Shown piece by piece: positions 1 through 17,061 of a stretch of 64,000 nt of DNA. Under the pieces are notes generated by a model that was not told the origin of the DNA, did not search any database, and saw only the letters and a list, made by a program, of their open reading frames with translations. The DNA comes from the human T2T-CHM13v2.0 reference genome, Homo sapiens. Made by a program: the position numbers and the translations under genes. The stretch's first letter is position 1; each line of letters starts with the position of its first letter. The stretch lies in assembly GCF_009914755.1 (NCBI RefSeq), contig NC_060932.1; one strand, given 5' to 3'.

Positions 1-515
1 TCATCACAGAGAGCAATGCATAGAACCAAGTGGAAAGTCCAAAGCAAATCATGAGTCGAAACGGGCCCAGTGAACAGGAAAATCCAGATGTGGATTTGGC
101 AACCAATGGAGCAAGCAGAGCCCTAGCAAGTGGAAGAGAAGTAGGGCTTGGAGTCATCACCAATACCCAGCTCCTGGGCAACGTTGTGTCTCATTTCTCT
201 TCCTGTCCATAGGGTAAGGCTTTGTTAGCCAGGATTCAGGGGCCAGCGCTGTGGATGAGAAGTTTTAGTAGCTGACTCCAGGAGGACAGAGAGCAAGTTC
301 ACACAACAAACAGGTGATGGCACCTGCAAAAGAGCACTAGCTTCAAAAATCAGTCAGATTCCTTTCTCTTCAGCCAGTTTTGAAGAGGGCAATTATCAAA
401 TGTCAACATTCTAATTGGTCTCCAACACTCCTGCTGTGGTCTGAATGTTGGTGTCCCAGAAAAATTCCTATGTTGGGACATAACCCCCAGTGTGAAGGTA
501 TAAATAGGTGGGGCT

Positions 516-635
516 ATCTACAGCTATACCAACCTGAATGCATCCGATCTCACCTGGCCTTGGAAGCTAAGCAAGATAAAGCCTGGTTAGTCCTTAGATG
601 GAAGACTGCCTGGGAATACTGGGTGCTGTAGGCTT
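516..635 (+). pseudogene. 5S rRNA processed pseudogene (RNA5SP-type)
   Basis: 120 nt colinear with 5S rRNA (ATCTACAGCTATACC..GGAAGCTAAGCA..GCCTGGTTAGT..GGGTGCTGTAGGCTT); A-rich tail 636-650; degenerate TSD AAATAGGTGGGGCT/AAAGAAGTGAGGCCT. Confidence 0.95.
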
Positions 636-867
636 AAAAAGAAAAAAAGAAGTGAGGCCTTTGGAAAGTTTTTAGGTCATAAGAGCTATGCTCTAATAAC
701 TGGGATTAGTGACCGTATAAAGGGGCAAAAGGGTGTGTTTTTGACCCTTTCACCATGTGAGGATGCAACAAGAGGCACCATCTTGAAGCAGAGGCGCTGA
801 ATCCGCTGGCACCTTGATCTTGGACTTCCCAGCCTCCAGAACCATGAGCAATAAATTTCTGTTATTA

Positions 868-1172
868 GGCTAGTCATGGTAGCTCACACCTGTAATCTCA
901 GCACTTTGAGAGGCCAAGGCAGGAGGATCACTTAAGGCCAGGAGTTTGAGACCAGCCTGGGCAACATGGTGAAACCCTATCTCTACAAAAAATACCAAAA
1001 AAATTAGCTAGGTGTTGTAATGCCTGTAGTCCAAGCCACTCAGGAGCCTGAGGTGGGAGGATTGTTTGAGCCCAGGAGGTGAAGGTTGCAGTGAGCCAAG
1101 ATCCTACCATTGCACTCCAGTTCGGGCAACAGAGTGAGACTCTGTCTCAAAAAAATGATAGTAAAATAAAAA
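868..1172 (+). mobile_element. Alu (AluJ-like)
   Basis: Dimeric Alu with A tail; TSD-like AATAAATTTCTGTTATTA/AATACATTTTGGTTGTTTA. Confidence 0.9.
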
Positions 1173-2667
1173 TACATTTTGGTTGTTTATAAATTATCTA
1201 GTCTAAGGTTTTTTTTGTTTGTTTGTTTGTTTGTTTGTTTTTTGTTTTTTGTTTTGTTGTTGTTATGGCAGCCCAAATGGACTAAAGGCAACTCCACAAT
1301 GAGGCATGATTACTCTTCCTTCCTGAAACCTTGGGATTATACGTTGCCACTATAGAAAAGAAGCACCTTTGTACAGCTTCTAGAAATTCAAGCTGGAAAT
1401 GCTCCCAGAGAGAATAGTAGGGTCAACCTCATATCCCTGGTCAGGCTGACCCCCATCCCCCTCCCAGCTCAAATACAACCTGAGTTATGTTCAAAGGAGA
1501 TCTCAAAGCAGGATCAAGCCTTTTATTACTTTCTTCCAGTATTTTTTTATTCTTATTAAATACATGATATTATAAATAAACTAATAGGACTCTAAAGGAA
1601 TGGAAAAATTTGTCCCACACTATCAACACTCCAAGTTGAACTGCTTTTTGTGGGTTCAAGTTCATTTTCGTTTCATTTCATTGGCATGTATCATTTTTAT
1701 GTAGTTGAAGTCAATGTCATGTACAGTAAAATGTATTCTCTTTATCACTTACAATTAAATCCTAAGCACCTTTTTATGTTATATGGGGTCCTCACAATTG
1801 TTATTGGCTCTGTATATCTCACAAGAGGTTATACTGCATAATTCACCCAGTCACCCAGCAATCCTTTTAGATTGCTTTCCGTTTTTCACTGTTGGACCTA
1901 ATGTTACAGTGAACAGTTTAGTGCATTACTCAGATCACCACTCTTGAAAAGAGTCTGGGAGCCTAAAAGAAGGTTGAAGGTGAAGTACTGGCAATTTTTC
2001 AGGCACCTCTTTCCACAAGATGATATGCAATGGGCATGGGCTGTTTCTGGCCTAGTAGGGAGAGAGACGGGGGCGGCAAGAAAAATGGACGATGCTGGGT
2101 TTGTTCTACAGTTGACCTCAGACAGTGGTACTCATCTTTTTTAGAGAGAAGTGAATGGGCAGGAGTAGTTGTCTTTTTGAGGAAAGGTCTTACGAGGCCT
2201 GGGGCAAAGATGGGTCACTTCCTGGTCCAGGCGTGAAAACCACAGTAGCCAGGAGTCGGGGAAATACAAAAATGGCCCATAAGTAGCATTTTCATGCAGA
2301 TGGGGCAGCAGAGGCAGAGTGAGGGGCAACCCGCTAACGGCTGAGGCCCCACGAGCAGGCTGGAGCAGGGCAGAAGGAGACTTGGTCCTTCCCACATGCA
2401 AGACACTGGCAGAGACCTCCCAGAACTGATGGAGGGACTCTGAGGCAAGGGCTTAGCTCCTCCAGTTATGTAGTTGACCCAGTGAGTGTGTGGACTATAG
2501 GCATCAATGTTAATGGGTTCTCATCTGTACCCACAAGCCAGACAGGCTGGAAAGAGTCAAGGGTTTGGATAGTTTTCCTTTTGGGTTATTTTCCTAGGAT
2601 AGCTTCCCAGAAGCAGGATCACTGGGTTAAAGGGCACCAAAGCTTTTTTCCTGCGGAATTCCCATAG

Positions 2668-3085
<418 letters not shown>

Positions 3086-3384
3086 TGTTTCTTTGCTTTT
3101 GAGGCAGAGTCTCACTCTGTCACCCAGGCTGGAGTGCAGTGGAGCTATCTTGGCTCAGTACAACCTCCGCCTCCTGGGTTTGAACAATTCTCGTGCCTTA
3201 GCCTCCCAAATAGCTGGGATTACAGGCATGTGCCACAACGCCCGGCTAATTTTTTTGAATTTTTAGTAGAGACTGGGTTTCACCATGTTGGCCAGGCTGG
3301 TCTTGAACTCCTGACCTCAGGTGATCAGCCTGCTTCGGCCTCCCAAAGTGCTGGGATTAGGGGGGTGAGCCACCGCGTCTGACC
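3086..3384 (-). mobile_element. Alu (AluS)
   Basis: Full reverse Alu, tandem to the previous copy. Confidence 0.9.
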
Positions 3385-3821
3385 TTGACCACTTTTATTT
3401 TCTCTTTAGTGCTGCCCCCTCCCTCTTCCCCATGGGGAGCTTCTCCATCCAAGACCACCTCTGACCCTCACCCTTGAAATATCTGCAGCAACTCTGTGTT
3501 ATGAAAGTATTAGTAACAGAGTTGCATGTACCGCTAATACTACTGTGATTTTCTTTATTTTTAGCCTATGTGCATAAGGAAAGGAAATGCTAGATCTCTG
3601 AGAGAGGTTAATAAAAAGAAGATGTTGTTCCCCACCTCACTTCCCTTGCTGGTTATTAAGCCAGTCCCCCATTTTCTCACTTCTCCTAAAGACAAATTCT
3701 GAGTCCATTTCATTTTAAGTATTACTGCAAGGGCACAATACAGTTGTAACTGAGATGTTTAAAACAAGGGGAAAAGCACACAAACATGAAAGTCTTACTA
3801 AGTTTTGAGGGGCTCACTTCT

Positions 3822-4491
3822 GTTTTTGTTTCTGAGGTGAGGTCTTACTTTGTCATTCAGGCTGGATTGCAGTGGTACATTCACAGCTCACTGTGGCCTC
3901 AAACCCGCCTGGTTCAAGTGAACCTTCTGCCTCAGCCTCCTGAGTAGTTGGGACTACAGGTGCTGTATTAGTCTGTTCTCATGCTGCTAATAAAGACATC
4001 CCTGAGACCAGGTAATTTATAAAGGAAAGAGGTTTAATTGGCTCACAGTTTCACAAGGCTGGGGAGGACTCACAATCACAGCGGGAGGCAAGGAGCAAAG
4101 TCACATCTTACAATGTGCTAGGCAAGAGAAGCACTGAGCAAAAGGGGAAAAAGCCCCTTATAAAACTATCAGATCTCATGAGAACTCACTCACTGTCATG
4201 AGAACAGCAGCATGGTGGTAACCACCCCCATGAGTCAATTAACTCCCACCAGGTCCCTCCCACAACACGTGGGGATTATGGGAACTACAATTCAAGATGA
4301 GATTTGGGTGGGGACACAGCCAAACCATTTCAGGCACACACCACAATACCTGACTAATTTTTAAAATTTTTTGGTAGACACAAGATCCCGCTATGCTGCC
4401 CAGGCTGATCTCGAACTCCTGGGCTCAAGCAATACTTCCACCCCAGCATTCCAAAGTGCTAGGATTACAGGTGTGAGCCACTGTGCCTGGC
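3822..4491 (-). mobile_element. AluJ split by a THE1 LTR
   Basis: Right-arm part 3822-3963, remainder 4333-4491; direct repeat TCTTACTAAGTTTTGA on both sides. Confidence 0.9.
3964..4332 (-). mobile_element. THE1C/THE1D-like solo LTR
   Basis: TGTATTAGTCTGTTCTCATGCTGCT...GGGGACACAGCCAAACCATTTCA; 5-bp TSD GGTGC/GGCAC. Confidence 0.9.
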
Positions 4492-4762
4492 AATCTTACT
4501 AAGTTTTGATAGTCACAAACCCTCGCTTATGATCCCTGATTCTTTCTCGAGATGGGTACTAGCTAACTAACTGAGACATCAGATGCTGTTAACCTAGGGT
4601 CCATGTTGAAGATTCAAGGAGTCTATATTGGTCAGGGTCTGGCTTGGAAAACTAAACACCACCAGTTACGTTAACAGAAAGAATAAAGGAACTGATTAAT
4701 TGGGTATTGGAGGACTGAAAGACAAATGAGAGATACCACTTCTATCAGAAATCATAACTGCA

Positions 4763-5032
4763 GGTTGGGTGTGGTGGCTCATGCCTGTGATCCCAGCACT
4801 TTGGGAGGCCTAAGTGGGTGTATTACTTGAGGTCAGGAGTTTGAGACCAGCCTGTCCAACATGGGGAAACCCTGTCTCTGCTAAAAAATACACAAATTAG
4901 CTAGGTGTGGTGGCACACGCCTCTAATCCCAGCTAAGGCACAGGAATCACTTGAACCTGGGAGGCAGAGGTTGCAGTGAGCTGAGATTGCACCACTCTGC
5001 TCCAGCCTGGGGGATAGAGTGAGACTCTGTCT

Positions 5033-5074
<42 letters not shown>

Positions 5075-5098
5075 AGAGAGAGAGAGAAATAGAGAGAG
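4763..5098 (+). mobile_element. AluS with long pure A tail followed by (GA)n
   Basis: Alu body, poly(A) ~5034-5071, small deletion in the right arm. Confidence 0.9.
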
Positions 5099-5337
5099 TT
5101 TGAAAACTACAGCTCTTGCATTTAGCATCTATATGCAGACACAGGAAGTGCACTCAGCAGGCATTCCTACTAGACTGAGTATGCCCGGCTTTTGCATTAG
5201 TCAGAAGGAACCAGCTAATACCCACTCAGATGAGTTTTTAGAGAAGAGTGTTATGTATGGGGCTATTGATGTAGGTAGGATTTAGGGAACCCAGGGAGAG
5301 ATACTATGGCACCTGGGTCCATTACCATCCATAGATT

Positions 5338-5719
5338 TGTATATAGTTTGGATATTAGTCCCCCCAAATCTCACATTGAAATCTAATCCCCAGTGTAGGA
5401 GATGGGGCCTGGTGGGAGATATTTGGGTTATGGGGGCAGATCCCTTATGGCTTGGTGTTGTCCTCGCAATAGTGAGTTTCATAAGATCTGTCTTAAAGTG
5501 TGGCACCTCCCGCCACCCCTTGCTCCCTCTCTGGCCATGTGAGATGCCTGCTTCCCTTCACCTTCAGTAATGATTGGAAGCTTCCTGAGGCCTCCCCAGA
5601 AGCTGAGCAGATGCCAGCACCATGCTTCCTGTAACAGCCTACAGAACTGTGAACCTCTTCTTTATTAATTACTCAGCCTCAGGTGTTTCTTCATAGCAAT
5701 GCAAGAATGGCCTAATACA
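5338..5719 (+). mobile_element. MSTB-like MaLR solo LTR
   Basis: ATATAGTTTGGATA..CCAAATCTCACATTGAAAT..GAAGCTGAGCAGATGCC..GGCCTAATACA. Confidence 0.85.
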
Positions 5720-5951
5720 GATGTCAAGAAGGAAAGGGAAGGAGTATCCAGAATCCAGAGATGATGGGTTTATTGAGTGGGTGCTTGACCACAGCTGAAG
5801 CCTTTGGAGAGGGATTCAGCCAATCTGAGAATGTGTTAGGGAGGCCAGGAGAGTAGATTCTCTTACCATGCTCTATTCAATTCCTTGCAAGTACCACCCA
5901 GTGGCCAAACCCAAGCAGAAGCCAGAGGCAAGGAATATACTGATGTTGCCC

Positions 5952-6130
5952 CAGTGGTCAGCTAGTAAATAAACATTTAACAACAAGCTCTGAGACATGT
6001 ATGTGTGCATGCATGCTTACTTGTAGTATTTGCCAGTGTCCATAGTGTAAATATTCCTACCACAGTCACCAAACACGGAGTTAGGAGGAGATGCATACAA
6101 TCAGTTCTTGCAGGCTCTAGTGCTCCACTG
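5952..6130. mobile_element. MER63-like hAT (Blackjack) relic
   Basis: CAGTGG...CCACTG inverted ends; GTAAAT..TTTAACAAC motif. Confidence 0.55.
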
Positions 6131-7604
6131 AAGTAAACAGATGGGGTCAGCCTCCCACAGCACAGACAGAGTAGAGAAGGATGGAGAGTGGATCTGGAAG
6201 GGCAAACAAAACAACCAGTGCTGCTGCAGCTGTCGACATCAGGCCAATGGTTCTGACATCTGGAGCAAGGACATCAGGGCCTCCACCTTCACCATCAACA
6301 TATCTGTCATTTCCAAGGCTAATAGAGGATGGTTAAGGAAAATAAGGACTCAGCAGGTTAGTAATGTAGGAGAGAGAGGAGATGAGACAGGGAGAGAAAG
6401 AGAGACAGATGTCAATTCCATTCTAAGCTAAGGCTGGGAAAGACCTGCATTCTTCACAGATACCATGCTGTAAGCACAGAGAGGTGAAGGGTAGGGAGTT
6501 GTGTTTCTCCAACTTCAATTAACTGGTAGCTCAATAGTATCTTTCAGACAGCTAGGGGTGGATCCCATGGTGAGAGAAAGAGTGGCATGTTAGAAATGGT
6601 GTTCCAAGCAGAGCCAGGACATAATATACCATCTGGCACTGAGCCCAGGTCTCAGGAAGAGTGGCACACTAGAAATGGTGTCCCAGGGTGGGGCCATCTG
6701 GTACTGAGCTCCAGGTCTCAGAGGTCATAATATCCTCCTGTTACCTGCTGGCTTACAAGTGGCACGGAGCCATTAAACCAATGGTTCATGACCTCTTGTG
6801 GGCCCATGTTGGCTGAGCCATTGCTGAAGAGACTGGGATTCTGTGATGCTTAGGACCAGCTCTCTGGGTCCTAGTGCTGTTCTTCTGTATGTAGAAGCAC
6901 ACCCAAGTCTCTGGGTAAAAAGCATTGTGACATAAGAGCCCCACAGCCACCCCCTGCCCAGCAGCACAATCACGACTGATCTGCCTGCCATCACCATTCT
7001 CCACGTCAATGTCGCAAGTTCTCCTTCCAAGACTAGAAAAACTGGCTCTGTAAATTCTTCTTATCGTATGGCAGCCTCCTCATCCTAGCCTCAAGGCGCA
7101 AGTTCATAGAGATTGGAGCACAGATAATCTAAGTGAGAAGCACTGAGCTATCCTCCAGATAACCTCCCCTTCCCAGGTCCCACCCCCAGCTTTCATGTGG
7201 TAATTAGGAAAACAGGTACCTGGATGGGGTGACAGGGGTTTGGGCTTGATGTCCCAGGCAGCAGCACCATGATCTTGCCACGCAAAACTACAGGTGTAGA
7301 AACTGGCCCAAACAGAGCCAGGTGCAAAAGACGACCCCTTAACCATTAAAATTTTACTTTTAATGGACAAAAGTAAAATGTCCCCCCCTCTCTCCCACCT
7401 ACCGTAGCTTTAACAGTCTCCATTTTCCTCTCAGAATTATGCACTGCTGAACTGGTGATGGGTATTTCTATTGACAACTTCCCCACCTTAAGATCCGAGG
7501 AGGTTTCTAAAGCATCTTTCTCTACTGTTTACATGAAACCAAGGACACTGGGCAGACCTCCCATCAGAGCATTGTTAAAGAGAATACAAGTGTCATAGCA
7601 CCTA

Positions 7605-7824
<220 letters not shown>

Positions 7825-8487
7825 TATGGCAGTTATGTTTTATAAAGCCACTAAAACATGACTCTGCAAGTACTGAGCCATTGCTCCTAGATGGAAAAAA
7901 ACAAAAACAAAAACCAAAAACAGCATTACATGCTTATAAACCTCTTTCTGGTCATATGTTCATCAACTGATCAGTATATAACCTTGCTTTATGTGTGTTT
8001 CTGTTCGGAGACACCTTATTTAATATATGTTGCTGATTCATTAACCTTGAACTCATGGTTAAAAGCACTGTAACTTATGCCTGAGTGAAGCTTATCTGAC
8101 ACATGTATTTTCTCAATAAGGTACAGCACAGCCTTCTTGTGCTTAGGAACACTAGACATCTCCTTAGTGCTATGCTTGGGGACCATCTGAAACAGTGAAA
8201 TCACCAACAAAAGACACAAAAATGCAAAAAAAAATATGGAACTAAATAGACTACAAAAAGGGTCCTTGTTTACCGTGTGAGAGCTGAAACAAGAGGCAGA
8301 TTATTGTCTTGGTCCACCACAGCTGGGAACATGGGTGTCAGGTTACCCAAATGTTTCACCACTCTGCACATATCTGAGTATGACCATGGAAGCACCATGA
8401 GTATTGACTGATTTCGAAGTTACAAATACATGTTAGTTAGTAGGTGAATTTGCAAGTACAGAATCCACAAATAATGAGGACCGACTG
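7825..8487 (-). mobile_element. MER82 (TcMar-Tigger), left terminus missing
   Basis: Ends GAATCCACAAATAATGAGGACCGACTG; internal GCCTTCTTGTGCTTAGGAACACTAGAC. Confidence 0.75.
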
Positions 8488-8544
8488 AACATACAATAAG
8501 ACAGTAAATAAAGCATTTAAAAAGAAAATAAAAATAAAATACAC

Positions 8545-10041
<1,497 letters not shown>

Positions 10042-10487
10042 TGTGATGGTTAATACTGAGTGTCAACTTGATTGGATGGAAGGATGCAAAGTATTGATCC
10101 TGCGTGTGTCTGTGAGGGTCTTGCCAAAGGAGAATAACATTTGAGTCAGTGGTCTGGGAAAGACAGACCCACCCTTAATCTGGGTGGACACCACCTAATC
10201 AGCTGCCAGAATGGCCAGAATATGAAACAGGCAGAAAAACATGGAAAGACTACACTGGCCTAGCCTCCCAGCCTACATGTTTCTCCCACACCAGATGCTT
10301 CCTGCCCTCGAACATTGGACTCCAAGTTCCTCAGCTTTGGGCCTTGGACTGGTTTTCTTGCTCCTCAGTTTGCAGATGGCCTATTGAGAGACCTTGTGAT
10401 CAACTGAATTAATACTCTTTAATAAACTCATATATATATATATATCTCCTATTAGTTCTGTCCCTCTAGAGAACCCTGACTAATGCA
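10042..10487 (+). mobile_element. MLT2A1/MLT2A2 (ERVL) solo LTR
   Basis: TGTGATGGTTAATACTGAGTGTCAACTTGATTGG...(TA)n..CTCTAGAGAACCCTGACTAATGCA. Confidence 0.92.
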
Positions 10488-10606
10488 GTAGGCTAAACTA
10501 TGACGTTTGGAAGGTAGGTGTGTTAAATGTATTTTCAACTTATCATATTTTCAACTTACAATGGATTTGTTGGGGTGTAACCCATTGAACCTTGAGGAGT
10601 ATCTGT
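10488..10606 (-). mobile_element. MER47 (Tigger5) 5' fragment
   Basis: Reverse complement reads CAGATACTCCTCAA..GGGTTAC..GTAAGTTGAAAATA..CATAGTTTAGCCTAC. Confidence 0.8.
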
Positions 10607-10755
10607 ATATACATTTTTTCTACAGTTATCATAGAGCAATACAATTGTTTTATATTTAAGGTTAGCAGTGCATTAGATTCTTCTTATTTTTCTACATAAC
10701 TTTTATAAAAATAGATGTTACGGCCATAGAAAATGCCTTTAAAACCTTGAGCCTT

Positions 10756-11068
10756 GGCCAGGTGCAGTGACTCACACCTGTAATCCCAGCATTTGGGAGG
10801 CCAAGGCAGGTGGAACACTTGGGTCCAGGAGTTCAAGACCAACCTGGACAACATGGCAAAACCTTGTTTCTACAAAAAAAAAAAAAAGAAAGAAAGAAAT
10901 TATTCTGATATGGTGGCAAGTACCTGTACTTCTAGCTACTCAGGAGACCAAGGTGGGAGGATCACTTGAGTCCAGAGTCCAGGACGTCAAGTCTGCAGTG
11001 AGCCATGATTGCACCACTGCACTCCAGCCTGGGTGACAGAATGAGACCCTGTCTCAAAAAAAAAAAAA
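10756..11068 (+). mobile_element. AluJ
   Basis: Diverged dimeric Alu with A tail. Confidence 0.9.
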
Positions 11069-12017
11069 GATAGTCTTAATTTACTCTTAGCTATTTCTGC
11101 TGTTTCCAACTATTCCCAAATAGATAATGCTGGTAGAAACCTTTTCATGACTATAGTTTTTCTGGTCTGCTAGATTGCTTTTTGGATGATGCCTAGGAGA
11201 AGGATTTTGAGGCTGCAGGACATGAATGCTCTTATGCCTCTTGGCTATGTGCACAAACACTTACCAAAGGTTCAAGCACCTAGTAGGTGCTCAATAAATG
11301 CTTGTTGAATCCCAATAGGCATGCTGGTTTCCAAATGACCATGCTGACAGCAGTATTTGAGGTGTGTTTGTTTTCCTCTTCAACAACTGGATTGGTTTGG
11401 GCAGGTTGTTTAACATTTTTAAGCTTCAGTTTCCTCAGTTGTAAAAAGAGTAATCACAGTCTAATTTTATTGTGAACTTCCTATCCCTTCTCTCTGGAAC
11501 ATCAGGGAAATACCTTGGCCAAACATGGCAGAGAAAGGTCCCTCTCTGCTTAGTCCCACTCAGACCCTGTCCAGTGCCCCTGGTTTTGCATTGCTGCCCA
11601 CACAACATCCCCTTTGTCCTTCACCTTCATTTCCTGGCGTCATTGCTCTAAATCCTAATGGCAAAGTTCTCACAACACAGTCACTGCCTGCTTTGCCTCC
11701 ATACAGCCAGAGTTGACATGGACTCATCTCTCTGTTCTGCTCTGTGGTAGATGAGGAGGGCTGGATGTTGCTCTGGATGGGTGGGATGGAATGGAAGCAT
11801 ATTCCAGTTCAGGGAGAACCTAATTGGATTGAGGGACCAGGACCTTCAAAGGACCTCTTCAACATGTAGAAGCCAGGACTCTATACCACTTGCTGCACTG
11901 CATTATCAAACATCTTCCTCTGCACTTACTAGCCTGAGAGTTTGTTCATGTGAATGATGCTCTTTTAATGGTTCCCATAAACCTTTTTTTATTTTATTAG
12001 AAAAATATATTTTTTAA

Positions 12018-12380
<363 letters not shown>

Positions 12381-12837
12381 GTACTACCAGGTTTTTAACA
12401 AAAAATGTCAACTATGTCCATCCTTCCTTATTCTCGACTGCTGCTTCTCTGAAGCAGCCGCTCTGAACTCTTTTAACCATTGTTTCCCTAACAGTTGCCT
12501 CTATATTTCTAAATAAGCTTTTAAGAATTATAGAATGTCTTGGATCTGGTTTTCAGCAAGGCCAGTATTATTTGTTAGGAAGAAAACAAATTTATTAGAG
12601 GATTTTAAGTAGCTTACAGTATTTTGGACATTCTGAAAAAAGAAAAAAAAAGATTTGAAGCTGAACTTCCAGAAATAATGCCCCAAGTCATGCCACATAT
12701 TAGCCTGGCAGGGAAACTGCAGCTACTGATACCAAACCCACAACGCCAGGTCATCCTTAGATGGAGCCCAGAGGTATCTCAATCAATGTCTGTGTGGGAG
12801 CCCTATCAAGGTATATGTCTATGTAATACACAGGTAA

Positions 12838-14310
<1,473 letters not shown>

Positions 14311-14444
14311 CTCCTAATGGTTTTGAATGTTCTAAAATATTTCTCTGCCAGGTGATGATGAATAAAGCTAAATAAACCCTAGGCAACCTGGTGGATTCAT
14401 TTTATATGTGTTTACTATGCTTTCTTTGAGACTACCTGAAAGAT

Positions 14445-14610
14445 TAGAAATAACATGGGCTTTGGACTTGGACAGACCTGGTTTGGAAACTTGATGTGAC
14501 TAATAACTCCCTGTGTGACTCTGGATATGTTATTTAATAATCTCTCTGAGCCTCAGTTTTCTAGTATGTCAAATGGAAATTGGATTATACTCCCTATGGA
14601 ATTGCTATAG
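14445..14610 (+). mobile_element. MIR
   Basis: Core TCTCTGAGCCTCAGTTTTCT..GTCAAATGG. Confidence 0.7.
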
Positions 14611-15538
14611 TTACTGATGAGTCTCTTCTACCCTTTTGTTTCCTTAAATTTCTTTTATGCTTTACTATTCTAGGTCACTTCTAGTTACCGTCTTTCCTGC
14701 TTCTTCTTTCTTCCATGTTAAGCCTTCAATGTCATTCTTGTCTGCATGTAAGGATATAATCCACAGGTCGATGCTTTAAATCATGTTCTTAGGCAAAATA
14801 AGCATCCAGGAAACTCTGGCATAAGCTTAGATCTGGTTGAAATTTACAAATTGGTGATTTCTCTGTATCCAACCCATTTTCTTTTCTGAATCACTGGAAT
14901 AATGTGATGCTCCCTTTATTTTCCATTGGTACAAATTAAATGATGTTAAGTAGCATCTGGATTTCAATGTCCACAACAGTGTTGAGTGTATTTTTGAGGA
15001 TGGAGTTGGGTTTGGTTATGCAAATCCCACAGCTTCTTTCCCCCCAAGGCTTGCTAAGTGAAGTGCTTAGACTCTTGGAGGTTCCTCATTAGGGAGACTC
15101 CAGGACACACCCAGATGAGTACATTTAGTTTGTTTCTAGCAAACATTCCTTGTTAGATGAGCTAAAAGGTCAACTATTTATTAAGGTGGAGCAACAATGA
15201 GGTGAGCCCTGGCTGAGTCATGGGCTGGGAGTTAGAACACTTTGAAGCTGGTAATGGTTAGGCTCAAAGTCAGTTGTATTTCTTCCTGTTGCTGTTCCAA
15301 AGGCATGAGGAGGAGATGAGAACCAACAGGAAAAACAGCAAATGATGGGGAAGAAGACAAAAGGTAAGGAGGAAAGAAAGACAAGAAGGAAACCTGAAAG
15401 TTACAGAGGACTCATTGTATATCAGGAACTGTCTTATGCATTTCACATTGTTCTCTCATTTTCTCCTTAAAGCCACCCTCTAGAGTAGCTATTACTACGT
15501 CTATTTCCGGGTGGAAGTAAATATGTATCAGAAAGATT

Positions 15539-15850
<312 letters not shown>

Positions 15851-16505
15851 AGAAATCACCACCTTCAGTCACTTAACAGGTAAGTAATGGAGCTAGGTCT
15901 GGGATTCAGGTCGTTGGAATCCAACCCCAAAACCTTCTTCCTTGCATTCTTCCTTATTTTCAGCCAAGCTGTTTGTCTAATATCTGCTTTGTGTCACATA
16001 CTGTGTGATAGGTGCAGTGATATAATTTCGAAGATGCCACTCTCAACTCCCAATATGACATGTTAACAGTCTGGTAGGTGACTGTAACACTGAAATAGTT
16101 TCCACATGGAGCGTCGAGTGCCTTAGGTATGTATGAGGGACAATGGAGATTTTCAGGGAGGAGTAATCAGTGCTGGCTGGGGAAGTGGGTCTGCAAAGAG
16201 ATGAATGTGGGGAGGTCTCCCAGGTGGAGGCAGCAGGATATGGAACTCATTAGGGCATAAATCATTATGCACATCATGATAGTGGGAACACAAGGAGTGA
16301 GAAGAGGAGCAGTCAGAGGGGAAGTTTGGAGTCTGACCATGGCGGGCCTTGTGTGCCAGACCAGTGAGTTTAAGCTTCATGATGAGGGTGATAAGGAAAT
16401 GCCTTAACAGATGAATAACTTGATGAAAGCCATCATTTAGACAGCCTCCTCTGGCAGCATTGCAGAGCATGGGCTGGAAGGAATTGAGAGCCTATGAGTC
16501 CAGGT

Positions 16506-17061
16506 GATACCAGGGTAGGTCCCCAAATGCTGGTGGGACTTCAACCCCAGCCAGTGTCCAGGATTTTGACACCATCATGAGAAGAAAGTCAAAGATAAGT
16601 CAGAAAATAGTGAAAGTATGGAAATTTATTGCAAGTGAAAAGTACATACTCAAGAAAGGGGAGTGCAGGCATACTCAAGAGAGAGTCGCACATAAAGGAG
16701 TTTGGGACTGCTACCTTTATGGGTTTCTTTAACCAAGGTATGGAATAGTCATGAAAATTCCTGGAAAAAGATGGAGATTTCTTGGAACTGTGGTGCCATG
16801 CCACGCATTTTTACACCAAATATGCATGTTCCCAAAACTCTCCTGGCACTGGTGGGTGTGTAATTGAGTATGTTAATGAGCATATAATGAGGATCTAAGT
16901 GAAACCTAGGTCGAATCCAGCACCATGTTGGGTCCAGTTGGTCTTAGCCCGCTTGGTCCACACAGGTGTTTCAGGGTCTTAAGCCCATAGCCTCTAGTCA
17001 TGTGAAACTGCTATCTGGAGTTTTTATTCCCCTGTGATGATGCTATATCATTCCTGTCTGA
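16506..17061 (-). mobile_element. ERV1 (MER4-group) solo LTR, subfamily not assigned
   Basis: TTTATT poly(A) signal and CTTTAT TATA-like motif in reverse, U5-like GTCCAGG..TTGACAC; inserted in an L2. Confidence 0.7.

Larger units (their letters stand above)
432..1290 (+). mobile_element. MLT1A-type MaLR solo LTR, interrupted by a 5S retrocopy and an AluJ
   Basis: Starts TGCTGTGGTCTGAATGTT, has GGACTTCCCAGCCTCCAGAACC..AATAAATTTCTG, ends GGACTAAAGGCA; sequence resumes after each insert. Confidence 0.85.

Noticed and set aside
516-635. Functional 5S rRNA gene
   Set aside because: Many substitutions, A tail and TSD, no tandem 5S unit context.
2040-2460. Mildly CpG-enriched stretch with GC-box and MYB-like motifs
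   Set aside because: Too few CpGs for an island; motifs too short to support a call.
4748-4762. AAATCATAACTGC as the missing TSD partner of the Alu at 7786-7824
   Set aside because: It lies at the 5' side of a different, complete Alu and the match is short and imperfect; probably chance.
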